64,000 nucleotides of DNA, from IMG/VR virus record IMGVR_UViG_3300046318_000318; one strand, given 5' to 3'. Within the stretch, counting starts at the first letter, position 1; each line of letters opens with the position of its first letter. Positions 55,136-63,999 of this stretch are shown piece after piece. This DNA comes from a virus (lineage: Duplodnaviria > Caudoviricetes). Below the pieces are notes generated by a model, which worked only from the letters and a program-made list of their open reading frames with translations, was not told the origin of the DNA and ran no database searches. Both the position numbers and the translations under genes were made by a program.

Positions 55136-56218
55136 TCAGTTAGACCATTCGTTATGACCGACGATAAACATCGTTTCAGGCGTAATGGCGATGTTGGGAC
55201 TCATCATACAACAAGCCATCATAGCTGCGATCTCATCTGTTTCAACAAAAGAACGCACTGTAATAGTGGTGGACTTAGCCAACACAGGTCCAGTAACACT
55301 TTGTTTACGCAATAAGATTCTGAACCTTTCTTCTTGTTCGCCTTCAAAACCAGGTCTTAAAGATACGTTAAAAGAAGCTCTGCCTGCTGTAATACCTAGA
55401 GGACCAGACAACATGTTAAAATCAGAAGCATCTGTCGTAACGTGTTCTATGGTCCAGAAGAGATTGGTACCGTCTGGTATGTTGGTACAAGAGATAGAAA
55501 CATTCAAGTTGTCATCATTAGACATTATAGTTTTACTATAAGTCCAAGTAACCCCATTGAAGTTAAGCTGATCTAAGGCAAACAACAATTTGTCAAACGT
55601 AACTACTTTTTCAACAGGCAAACTGTTTCTGATTTCTATTTCAGTCACAGCTTCATATCTGTTAGCCATCACCCAGTCTATCAATGCCTGGAATGCAGGT
55701 ACATCAGACAAAGTAATAGCGTTGCGTATGCGTTCAAGTGCTACAATAACAGGTTCAAATCCAACCACATCTTCCAGCATGTGTCTGTGAAGAGTTGGCG
55801 GGTATTCAAAAGGTTTATTTAAAACACTATCCCAAGGTACAGGACGATTGTCATTGATCAAAGTCTGATATAGACTCTCAACACCTTCAGCATTATGCTG
55901 AAACAATCCGCCTAGGACCTGGTAATTAATACGAACAGTAGAAGATACATCCGGTTTCTTAATGAGGATGACCTCACAAATTTCTTTACCGAATCTTAAC
56001 GTTGCTTCTTGCAACATCTGAACGCAGGAATAATCTACGTTCTTTACCAAAGGTGCGTTAGTAACAGTGTCTATAACGACCAACCCATCTGTATAGATAG
56101 GGCCGTAAGTAGGCACCACTGCTTTGACCTGTGTGTTGGCTAAAGTTTTAACTTCGCCAACGACCCTATTGTCTGGATTTAAACCAGTCGGGTCGAGAGG
56201 ATATCTTATCAGCGGCAT
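55136..56218 (-). CDS. Virion tail protein, YPLDPTG family, with C-terminal Calx-beta-like domain
   Basis: YPLDPTG..PDN.V.GE; C-terminal TGPVLAKSTTITV similar to TGPIVASKSITV in 16649. Confidence 0.65.
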   Translation of the reverse strand: MPLIRYPLDPTGLNPDNRVVGEVKTLANTQVKAVVPTYGPIYTDGLVVIDTVTNAPLVKNVDYSCVQMLQEATLRFGKEICEVILIKKPDVSSTVRINYQVLGGLFQHNAEGVESLYQTLINDNRPVPWDSVLNKPFEYPPTLHRHMLEDVVGFEPVIVALERIRNAITLSDVPAFQALIDWVMANRYEAVTEIEIRNSLPVEKVVTFDKLLFALDQLNFNGVTWTYSKTIMSNDDNLNVSISCTNIPDGTNLFWTIEHVTTDASDFNMLSGPLGITAGRASFNVSLRPGFEGEQEERFRILLRKQSVTGPVLAKSTTITVRSFVETDEIAAMMACCMMSPNIAITPETMFIVGHNEWSN

Positions 56219-56286
56219 TGAATAACTCCGTTTGCTCTATGGCGACCATTCGATTTGTAGTTTAAACAGATCGTTTTACATCATAA

Positions 56287-56320
56287 GTTATAGAGTCGGT
56301 CCTAGGACCGACTCTATAAC
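56287..56320. terminator. Perfect 34-bp palindrome/terminator
   Basis: gttatagagtcggtcct|aggaccgactctataac. Confidence 0.75.
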
Positions 56321-56328
56321 CATGACGA

Positions 56329-56847
56329 TTACTCTAATTCACTTTCGACAGCAGAAATCAAAAGACATGGATCGTATCTCCATGCATCTTTATAACCCAA
56401 CGCCATAGCGCAAATTTCAGAGCAAATAGTTTTACTCTTAGTATCACGCATCAGGAAGTTGATGTATCCAGATATCAATTTGTAATCATAACAAGATCCT
56501 TCATACTTACGAAATATTTCCGCAGCCGCGATAGGATTTTTACCTGATACATCTAAAATGATCCACTTAGACGGAGAAGGTTTGATTCGTTTGAATCTTA
56601 CACCACCAAACTTATTGGCTCGCCTGTTAGAGTAGAAAGGCATACGATCCATTCCACTACTAGAAGCACACCAATAACCATCTTCATTAGGTTCTAGATT
56701 ACCATCTGGCATGTATTGTTCTACACCGTCGCCTGGTTCAAACATAATCTCGGTATGAGAATATTTACCGTTTAAACGAAAGCGAATAAGTCTATCCACC
56801 AAACCAGATAGACCTTTGCCGGTGCCTTTAAATCCCAACAGTTTCAT
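56329..56847 (-). CDS. Permuted papain-like (NlpC/P60, YiiX-like) amidase/peptidase
   Basis: YSHTEI before ICSEI (His precedes Cys), G..YD. Confidence 0.7.
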   Translation of the reverse strand: MKLLGFKGTGKGLSGLVDRLIRFRLNGKYSHTEIMFEPGDGVEQYMPDGNLEPNEDGYWCASSSGMDRMPFYSNRRANKFGGVRFKRIKPSPSKWIILDVSGKNPIAAAEIFRKYEGSCYDYKLISGYINFLMRDTKSKTICSEICAMALGYKDAWRYDPCLLISAVESELE

Positions 56848-56858
56848 TTAAGACTCAC

Positions 56859-59800
56859 TTATATAGATGCAGCTATAGCTACAGCTGTTTCAGCAGACGT
56901 CTTAGCACCCAACAAGTTATTCTCAGCTGTCAATCCGTTAGCTTGACTGAATGACCATACAGCAGCTGCAAAGTCATTGAGTGTATACACAGGTTGATTG
57001 TCGAGTTTATAGGTTCTCACAGACCTTGCTTTAAAGTCAATAGAACCGTTGGTCTCGTCATCAGGAGAGGCGTTGGGCTGGCCATCCACCACAGGCAGGG
57101 CATCTATACCAGCGCTTGTATAAGACAGAGAGCCTCTTCTGAATCTCCAGTTAGTAGGAAGAAGCAAATCGGTACCGTCAAATCTAAGCACTTCAGGGTA
57201 TCTCATACCCAAAGGAGTAGCTTGCCATTCAGCAATCACATCGTAAACATCTTCTGCGATAGCCTTACCATTACCGATATCGATACGTAAGTCTGTCGGA
57301 GAAAGAGTCACTAAGTGTTTGGTGGTGTTAGGACCTCGTCCAAAGACAGGTTGTCCAAAACCATCCTTATTTTCTTGCTGCGCTACAGGTATGCTGATCT
57401 CAACAAGGTTATCAAATACCAGAGAAAGTGTGTCGTAGCCTTTCTTGCGAATTTCTAATCTGCACTTCAGTCTGGCTTCATCATATTCGTAGACAAGTTT
57501 AGCACTTGTGGCTACGTTCTCCACTATAGTCAACGGTTGAGCACCAGGTGCTGCATTTTCATCAAAAACAGCCACTGTAGATCCAGCTACTAAACCCGAA
57601 AGAGTAAGTTCAGCTTCATCTAAAGGATACAGGGCTGCATTCTGTAAGGCAAGAGTAGTAGTTCCGTCTATACGGAATGCATCTAGTCTGTTTGTGAGGG
57701 CTGAAGTAACAGCAGCTATCTTAACAGAAAGCTTAAATCCATTTACTGGATCTATTGCTTCACTAGCCAGATTGGTAGGACTACAAGTTTTCCACACACC
57801 CGTAAAACCAGAACCTGTGTCTAAATCATACTCGTAAGAATGATTATTGACATTGATGCCTTGAGGAGTGCTGGAAGTCAATCCAGTCCATCCCAATATC
57901 TTCCAAGGCCATGTCCAGATGATAGAATCGCCCACAGTGTTCATAACCACGGCACCCTGGCTGGTAAATTCTGGCGTACCAGTAGCTACATAAGAACTAC
58001 CTGTATTGTTTGTCTTTTCGACAAATACCAAAGCAGCTCTGGCGGTGGTATCGCTTGTGAAGCTATCCCACATACAAGTACCGTAAACAGACAGATAAGA
58101 CATAGGTACACTACCGCCATTACCACGATTACCATGGTAATAAGATTCAAGCTGTTGAGGACCAATGGTCTTGGTTGCGTCTACTGTGTAGTTATTAACC
58201 ATCTCTAAGCCCTTGGTGGTGTTAGTACCACTAGAGATAGAGTTATTAAGAGCCGTTACCCAATTGCGTTTAACTTTAATGGTGTCGTTGTTACCACCAT
58301 CAGAAAAGATATACTTCATTAAGTTAATGGTACCGGCATTAAACGGTGCTGCTGCGGTGCCTGTATTTCTAAACTTAAGTTTCTTTCCACTGTTGGCAAA
58401 GAACAACCCGTTTAAAGGATGTGTATTAGGAGCATCTGGCCAGTTACATGTATTTGCAGAAACACAATCTTCACTCATGCCAGTGTATTCAATAGCATGT
58501 GTTGCTTGTGTTGTGCCTGTGGTGCCTAAAGGCACATCTGCATATGTGTGTTTAAGAATACGAAGCTTCTTACACGACATCACCAATATACGTTTAGTGG
58601 TAGTCAGAGCGTGTTCTATAAGTAGATCAGGACATGTGTTGATCTGAATAGCGCCGCTAATGGCAGTGGCCGGTCCTACGTTACCAGCTCTTACTTGTTT
58701 AAAGGTCCACTTACCATACAAGTTAACCAACACCATTGGGTAGCCACTTAAGCTGTTAGATTTCATTCTGAGAGCAGAAATGTTACCTACCTTACCACCG
58801 AAATAATTTTGCTGAAACAGAATACCGTAACCGTCAGCATATGTACCGCTGTAGTTACTAAGACCTTGATGAAGGTCGTCGATATCTGGCTCAGAATAGA
58901 TCTCCTGGATGACGGCTTGATCGGCGCAGTGTATGTGCCGCATGTAACAAGTATATGCCTGAGCCACTGTCCAAAACCAATCGCCAGTTACCCATTCAGC
59001 AGTCAAATTACCAGCACTTGTAAAGATACTCTTATATCTTTGCGACATGTTGGTGTCGGGTAATTTATTAACATTAAACGCTGTGTTGTTACTGGTTTGT
59101 GTGATAATAGTAGGTATTCTGATTTTACAACCGGACAATGGCATATGACCACACGGTTGGCCATCCAAACCCATACCTATAGTTAACACACCTGTATTAG
59201 AGATATGTACGTTGTTACATCTAGAATCTAAAGAATGATTAGCAGATGTGAAACTATTAGCAGCATTGGGCCAGAACGTGTAAGTATCACTTCCTGGGCT
59301 ATCTTCTATTTCTACGCCAGGATAGGCTATTATAGATTCAGCCACTATGTATGGCAACTGATGAGTTTGACCTCTGGAACCTGTGGTTAAACCTATTTCA
59401 AAAGGGTGTCCTTTAAAGACACAAGTACCTAACCTAGGATGGCTATGGCCTTTTTGCTCAACACCTGTAATAAAGATCCAGCCTTGCTCATCAGCAGCTA
59501 TGGCATTGCATCCGATGCCTGAAATAGAACCAGCTGTAAAATCACCACTGATTTTTCTTACTTTCAGATAACCAGATGTTGGCATGGGTTGACCAGGGGT
59601 ATAAACTATTCCTCCAGTCCTGGCTGACATCACTAATAGTAACTGCCCGTCTGCACCAGCTTGAGACAATGTAGTTTCATATGCAGGTACAGTGCCAGAC
59701 CCACCGTTGAAAGGTATGAGTCTGCACTGAGTAGTATCTACTCTAAAGTTACCAGCCAAAGAAGCTGACACTGTGATGCTTCCAAAAGGACAAGTGTTAC

Positions 59801-59942
59801 CGCCTGTACTTAAAGAGTTTTTACCGTAACGAGTATCGCTATCTAACAACAACGTACCGCCGTTGATGTTATATGTATCGTTACCTGTTTTCAACGTAAG
59901 ATCGGTAAAGTTCTTAGCGTCTGTGATGGTATATGTAGTCAT
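56859..59942 (-). CDS. Large beta-rich virion protein (possible beta-helix tailspike)
   Basis: 1027 aa, T/N/G-rich, in the tail cluster. Confidence 0.55.
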   Translation of the reverse strand: MTTYTITDAKNFTDLTLKTGNDTYNINGGTLLLDSDTRYGKNSLSTGGNTCPFGSITVSASLAGNFRVDTTQCRLIPFNGGSGTVPAYETTLSQAGADGQLLLVMSARTGGIVYTPGQPMPTSGYLKVRKISGDFTAGSISGIGCNAIAADEQGWIFITGVEQKGHSHPRLGTCVFKGHPFEIGLTTGSRGQTHQLPYIVAESIIAYPGVEIEDSPGSDTYTFWPNAANSFTSANHSLDSRCNNVHISNTGVLTIGMGLDGQPCGHMPLSGCKIRIPTIITQTSNNTAFNVNKLPDTNMSQRYKSIFTSAGNLTAEWVTGDWFWTVAQAYTCYMRHIHCADQAVIQEIYSEPDIDDLHQGLSNYSGTYADGYGILFQQNYFGGKVGNISALRMKSNSLSGYPMVLVNLYGKWTFKQVRAGNVGPATAISGAIQINTCPDLLIEHALTTTKRILVMSCKKLRILKHTYADVPLGTTGTTQATHAIEYTGMSEDCVSANTCNWPDAPNTHPLNGLFFANSGKKLKFRNTGTAAAPFNAGTINLMKYIFSDGGNNDTIKVKRNWVTALNNSISSGTNTTKGLEMVNNYTVDATKTIGPQQLESYYHGNRGNGGSVPMSYLSVYGTCMWDSFTSDTTARAALVFVEKTNNTGSSYVATGTPEFTSQGAVVMNTVGDSIIWTWPWKILGWTGLTSSTPQGINVNNHSYEYDLDTGSGFTGVWKTCSPTNLASEAIDPVNGFKLSVKIAAVTSALTNRLDAFRIDGTTTLALQNAALYPLDEAELTLSGLVAGSTVAVFDENAAPGAQPLTIVENVATSAKLVYEYDEARLKCRLEIRKKGYDTLSLVFDNLVEISIPVAQQENKDGFGQPVFGRGPNTTKHLVTLSPTDLRIDIGNGKAIAEDVYDVIAEWQATPLGMRYPEVLRFDGTDLLLPTNWRFRRGSLSYTSAGIDALPVVDGQPNASPDDETNGSIDFKARSVRTYKLDNQPVYTLNDFAAAVWSFSQANGLTAENNLLGAKTSAETAVAIAASI

Positions 59943-59948
59943 GTGCTA

Positions 59949-60158
59949 TCACCACTTAGGGACTTTATCAGGACAAGTACTAGATTGAAAGTAAGACTTG
60001 GTTGCCAAAGGACAACTACACAAGCCACATACTTCAACCTCTCGTTTGATGTAAGGTATCGTTGTGATTTTGATATTCACACATGCCTTACATATAGCTA
60101 ACCTATTAGCTACAGTCTCAGCCGAAGCTGGTCTGGGATCTAAAATAGCATTTAACAT
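59949..60158 (-). CDS. Small Cys-rich (zinc-binding) protein
   Basis: CKAC...CGLCSCPL..K...CP...W. Confidence 0.6.
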   Translation of the reverse strand: MLNAILDPRPASAETVANRLAICKACVNIKITTIPYIKREVEVCGLCSCPLATKSYFQSSTCPDKVPKW

Positions 60159-60823
60159 CTCATGTTTCCTTTATAGACCACATTCTTTTCATTTTCATAA
60201 GATGGCATGTTTATCATATTTACATACCTAAAGAAGTAATTTGACACAACATAATGTAACATTCTGTCTTTGGTATGTAAATTGTCATGACCTATTATCC
60301 ACTCATATGTAACAAACGGATAATAAGTCCAACCTGATTCTAAACTTATAAGAACCCTGAACACATAATCGAATACATTGTCAGGCCATCCTTTATAAAC
60401 CAATAACTCTTTTGTCATTCTCAGATAACAAATAGAGTCATCTTTTTTAAGTATCATGGTCTGATGAGGCTTGGTCTTTTTTGTTTTTTCATTCTCAAAA
60501 GACCAATGTTTGATTCGCTCATCTGTTAAAAGCTCTTTACCGTGACTGTATACTTTGTAGCTGTTGGTATAAACAGGTCTTATATATTCAGGTAGTATCA
60601 TGTCTAAATGTTCAGGAGCGAGTAAACTGATATCATCATCATCTACAAACGAAACATATTTACTATCTGTTTCGCTATAGCCTTTTTCCCGACCGTAAGC
60701 CACAGACTTATTCTTATTATCTATAACGCTAAAAGGGATCTGTAAAGAATCAAAATGTTCTTTATTCTTAGTGACTGTATTTAGCTCTCTGGTCACTAAG
60801 GTGAAAATTGAAAATTGCGTCAT
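60152..60823 (-). CDS. GT2-like glycosyltransferase
   Basis: AYGREKG...YVSFVDDDD (DxD) nucleotide-sugar-binding motif. Confidence 0.6.
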   Translation of the reverse strand: MTQFSIFTLVTRELNTVTKNKEHFDSLQIPFSVIDNKNKSVAYGREKGYSETDSKYVSFVDDDDISLLAPEHLDMILPEYIRPVYTNSYKVYSHGKELLTDERIKHWSFENEKTKKTKPHQTMILKKDDSICYLRMTKELLVYKGWPDNVFDYVFRVLISLESGWTYYPFVTYEWIIGHDNLHTKDRMLHYVVSNYFFRYVNMINMPSYENEKNVVYKGNMRC

Positions 60824-60828
60824 AATAA

Positions 60829-60864
60829 AAAACCCCACCCCCCTGTTACAGAGGATGGGGTTTA
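60829..60864 (-). terminator. Intrinsic terminator
   Basis: aaaaaccccaccccc-tgtta-cagaggatggggttt with A-tract. Confidence 0.55.
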
Positions 60865-60870
60865 AGTTAC

Positions 60871-61695
60871 TTAGTAACCACCGGCTTTGCCAAGGGTGAT
60901 ACCAGCTTCGAACATACCACGCAGGTTGGTGCAGCTCTGGTTCAGGAAAGCAGTTTTAAATGCTTGCAAGCTGGCGATCTGACCACCGTGGTTGTTGTGG
61001 TTGCTGTGCTCACGAGCATCCAAGGATGCGATAGCTGTAGCGTTGGCGTCAGCCGTAGCCTGAGCTGCGGCGGCTGCAGAAGCAGCAGCAGAAGCAGTAG
61101 CTTGAGCAACAGCAGCGGCAGTAGCAGCGGCAGTGATCTGAGCAGACAAGTCACCGATGGAAGTCTGCAGAGCAGCGATCTGAACAGCGGTCTGTGCGTC
61201 AGCAGCTTGCAGGTTGGTGATGGTGGTTTGCAGAGCAGTGATCTGAGCCTGCAGAGCAGCGCAGTCACAACCGTTGCCGGCGGGCAGGTTGTCAAGAGCG
61301 GTTTGCAGAGTCGTGACTTGCGTTTGCAGGCCGTCGATCAGGTCTTGCAGAGCTTGCTCAGCAGCTTGAGCACGGTTGACTTCAGCAGCCAGATCCACAG
61401 CCAGGCTGTTGACCATGGTTTGCAGAGTGGCAACGACGGTGTCGTTTTCCAGAGCGGTGATGCGATCGCCCAGACTAACCAGTTGGGTGATGATGTTCTG
61501 ACCAACTTGGAAGCCTTCGGTGTTAGGATCAGCATCCAGCAGAGCTTGGATCTGAGTAACAGCAGCTTGCAGAGCAGTGATGTTTACGTTAGGCAAGCCC
61601 AACAGCGCATCAATCTCAGACTTGATGGCGGCGCCAGTGGCGATACCGAATTGCGTGGCAATACAGCCAAACAGTTCTTCAACAGTTTGTTCCAT
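60871..61695 (-). CDS. Ala/Gln-rich coiled-coil protein (fibritin/collar-like), strongly codon-biased
   Basis: Long heptad repeats; GC-rich codon usage like the MCP. Confidence 0.7.
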   Translation of the reverse strand: MEQTVEELFGCIATQFGIATGAAIKSEIDALLGLPNVNITALQAAVTQIQALLDADPNTEGFQVGQNIITQLVSLGDRITALENDTVVATLQTMVNSLAVDLAAEVNRAQAAEQALQDLIDGLQTQVTTLQTALDNLPAGNGCDCAALQAQITALQTTITNLQAADAQTAVQIAALQTSIGDLSAQITAAATAAAVAQATASAAASAAAAAQATADANATAIASLDAREHSNHNNHGGQIASLQAFKTAFLNQSCTNLRGMFEAGITLGKAGGY

Positions 61696-61749
61696 TTGAA
61701 ATCCTTAATATTAAAGAGAGGTACCTTACCCCCATCTGATAATAGGTAT

Positions 61750-62004
61750 TTATTCAGAAGGTGGTGTAGGAGTGGGTTGTGGGTTACAAAGCGACGCAGG
61801 ATCGATCAACGGACCGTTTAAAGTGGTAATGACCTGCTTTAAATTATCTATAGAGGATTGATGATTAGCGATTTGGAGTTGCAACATTTCTCTTATCTGT
61901 TTACCAGTTTCTACGCCTATGGCAAAGAAAGCTCGTTCTAGACAAGAGCAGTTTTCAAGATCAACGACAGGCAGAGGTGGATTAGTGGTTGTTTCGCCGG
62001 ACAT
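61750..62004 (-). CDS. Small protein similar to the N-terminus of 60871..61695
   Basis: C...F..G...G..I...L....I..L pattern in both. Confidence 0.55.
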   Translation of the reverse strand: MSGETTTNPPLPVVDLENCSCLERAFFAIGVETGKQIREMLQLQIANHQSSIDNLKQVITTLNGPLIDPASLCNPQPTPTPPSE

Positions 62005-62007
62005 TTC

Positions 62008-62436
62008 TTAACTCACTGTTTCGTTTACTCTATTCAGAGTACCGTTTGTATTATAAAGGAAGTCTTTAACAATGGTGAAATATGTGCCAAATGTAGATAT
62101 CTTCTTAACGTTGTTGTTAGGAAAATATTCAAAGGTTTTATAAACACCGTTGCTATAGTCTATGCGTATAGCGTTCTTACTATTAGCACCAGATCCATAC
62201 GTGTAGATCGGATTGGGATTCCGCATCATCAAGTAAGGATGACTGTTGATAAGGTTCGTAACGGCTGTTAACACATCTGTGCTATTGTTGGTCTTGTAAT
62301 ATACAGTACCATTAGCATCTGTCATGTAAATAGTCAATTCACTATTTACATCGTTTTTAACAAAGTATACACTTGAAGGTTCTGGATTAACAGGAACTGT
62401 GTTAACTTTGTAGAACTTAAGTTCTTGTAAAGCCAT
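62008..62436 (-). CDS. Tail-cluster protein with LxFxKV N-terminal module
   Basis: LKFYKVNTVP...SSVYFV. Confidence 0.6.
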   Translation of the reverse strand: MALQELKFYKVNTVPVNPEPSSVYFVKNDVNSELTIYMTDANGTVYYKTNNSTDVLTAVTNLINSHPYLMMRNPNPIYTYGSGANSKNAIRIDYSNGVYKTFEYFPNNNVKKISTFGTYFTIVKDFLYNTNGTLNRVNETVS

Positions 62437-62495
62437 TTTTGTTATAACTCAGTTTAAAAGCATCAGAGAACCGAAGTTCTCTGATGCAATTATTT

Positions 62496-63080
62496 TTACC
62501 AAGCTTCTTCTTCGAGGAAGCCACGGATAGGCTCGCCACCAGACAACAGACGGTTAGAACCACCCGAAGCGATAGACAGACCATCCAACACAGGCTTGTT
62601 ACCGTGGTTGTGGTTACCGGTCACAGCTGCATCGATCTGAGCAGGAGTGGACGTAGGACGACCCACGATGTTAGACCATTGCAGAACCACATCCAGCGAT
62701 TCATATTCAGCAATCTTGATCCAGGCGGTGGTGGCGGTGTTGTACACATAAGTAGCAGCACCGTTAGCCACGCTAGTGTCAGCAGTGGCGTTCAGCACCA
62801 AAGCCAGAGACACAGTAGCTGGGTTCAGAGCATCACGAGCAGCGATGTCGGTCACCACAGACATGGTGCCCATACCAGCGATACTACCAGCCACGCTGGT
62901 GTTGATCATGGTCTGGATTTCAGACTTGTTCAACAGATGACGAACCGTCGTGCCATCAGCAGACGACAAATACATTTCAAACAGAGCGGCGTTGACACTG
63001 TCAGCCACCATGTACATCGTTGAGCCTTCATACGTGGCTGGCAACGAGGCTACTTTACGAAACTTCAAAACTTGATCCAT
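62496..63080 (-). CDS. Tail-cluster protein with LxFxKV module and C-terminal HxHxNK...EEAW
   Basis: LKFRKVASLP...STMYMV; NHNHGNKPVLDGL; EEEAW. Confidence 0.65.
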   Translation of the reverse strand: MDQVLKFRKVASLPATYEGSTMYMVADSVNAALFEMYLSSADGTTVRHLLNKSEIQTMINTSVAGSIAGMGTMSVVTDIAARDALNPATVSLALVLNATADTSVANGAATYVYNTATTAWIKIAEYESLDVVLQWSNIVGRPTSTPAQIDAAVTGNHNHGNKPVLDGLSIASGGSNRLLSGGEPIRGFLEEEAW

Positions 63081-63116
63081 GATTGGTCCTTGTTAAAAGA
63101 GAGAGAAAACAGAAAA

Positions 63117-63365
63117 TCACCACGCTTCTTCATGCATGTGTGTAGCTACCGCCACACCATTCACCAAGAGCTTATTTTGCGGTGTTATAGACAAGTCATC
63201 TAATAAGGGCTTATTGGCGTGAGTATGATTAGTACCACTTCCGCCAGTTCCACCTGTGCCATTAGACCCAGATTCACCTTCTATGTTCTTGGCTGAGTCA
63301 TCAGTAGGCTTGATAACTCCAGAACGAAGTATGCGCCTTCTGCCAGAGTCGTATCGTATATACAT
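63117..63365 (-). CDS. Small protein with C-terminal HxHxNK...EEAW module
   Basis: NHTHANKPLLDDL...HEEAW. Confidence 0.6.
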   Translation of the reverse strand: MYIRYDSGRRRILRSGVIKPTDDSAKNIEGESGSNGTGGTGGSGTNHTHANKPLLDDLSITPQNKLLVNGVAVATHMHEEAW

Positions 63366-63376
63366 ACAAAACTCCT

Positions 63377-63778
63377 TTAAGCAGCAGGTCTGTCATCAAA
63401 GCCATCTAATCTGATAACATTATCAGCCACATCACACACAGCGAACAAAGCTTCATTTCTGGAGAGAAGAATAAAGCTTCTGTTATAAACGGCATCAGGG
63501 TCTAGAATGATACCGCTTTCATACAAATCTTCTAAAGTAGGCTGGGTCTTATCACTGACCCAGATTTTTACTTTAGACTGATTGGTATTGGCATTGGTGA
63601 TGTTGATGGTTACATACACACTTAAAGACAACGCGTGTGTTCTGTAAATTTCTTCGATCTGATTAACAGGTAAGACAGCCTTAGCTAAAAGACCTGTCTT
63701 GTTCTTATAGTCTTCAGAATCTATCTTGGTTACTCTAGAAGTAAACGGATCTTGATATCTAGAATTCAAACTACTCAT
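63377..63778 (-). CDS. Small tail-associated protein (paralog of 14307..14633)
   Basis: 133 aa, C-terminal two-thirds aligns by eye with the 14307 ORF. Confidence 0.6.
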   Translation of the reverse strand: MSSLNSRYQDPFTSRVTKIDSEDYKNKTGLLAKAVLPVNQIEEIYRTHALSLSVYVTINITNANTNQSKVKIWVSDKTQPTLEDLYESGIILDPDAVYNRSFILLSRNEALFAVCDVADNVIRLDGFDDRPAA

Positions 63779-63834
63779 AGGGATCCTTTTGTTTTAAACG
63801 TCAGGTTTTCTTAAATTTGTCATAAGATTGATTA

Positions 63835-63999
63835 TTAAGACATGAACTTATGCGAACCAAACAGCACCGCAGTATCATGATCAAAGTGTATTCTTGATCT
63901 GATATCGTCTAGTATATCCATGCTTAACCAAGAATGAGTAGATGGATCATAGTTTTGACTGTCAGATACCTGACTTATATCCACAGGTAAAGTCAAAGC
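63835..63999 (-). CDS. Possible 3' end of a gene entering from the right edge
   Basis: Open frame ALTLPVDISQVSDSQ...SHKFMS-stop; start not visible. Confidence 0.3.
   Translation of the reverse strand, partial: ALTLPVDISQVSDSQNYDPSTHSWLSMDILDDIRSRIHFDHDTAVLFGSHKFMS

Noticed and set aside
60964-63023. Antisense ORFs 60964..61821 and 62484..63023
   Set aside because: Same shadow effect opposite codon-biased genes; the Ser/Gln-rich translation mirrors Ala/Leu codons.
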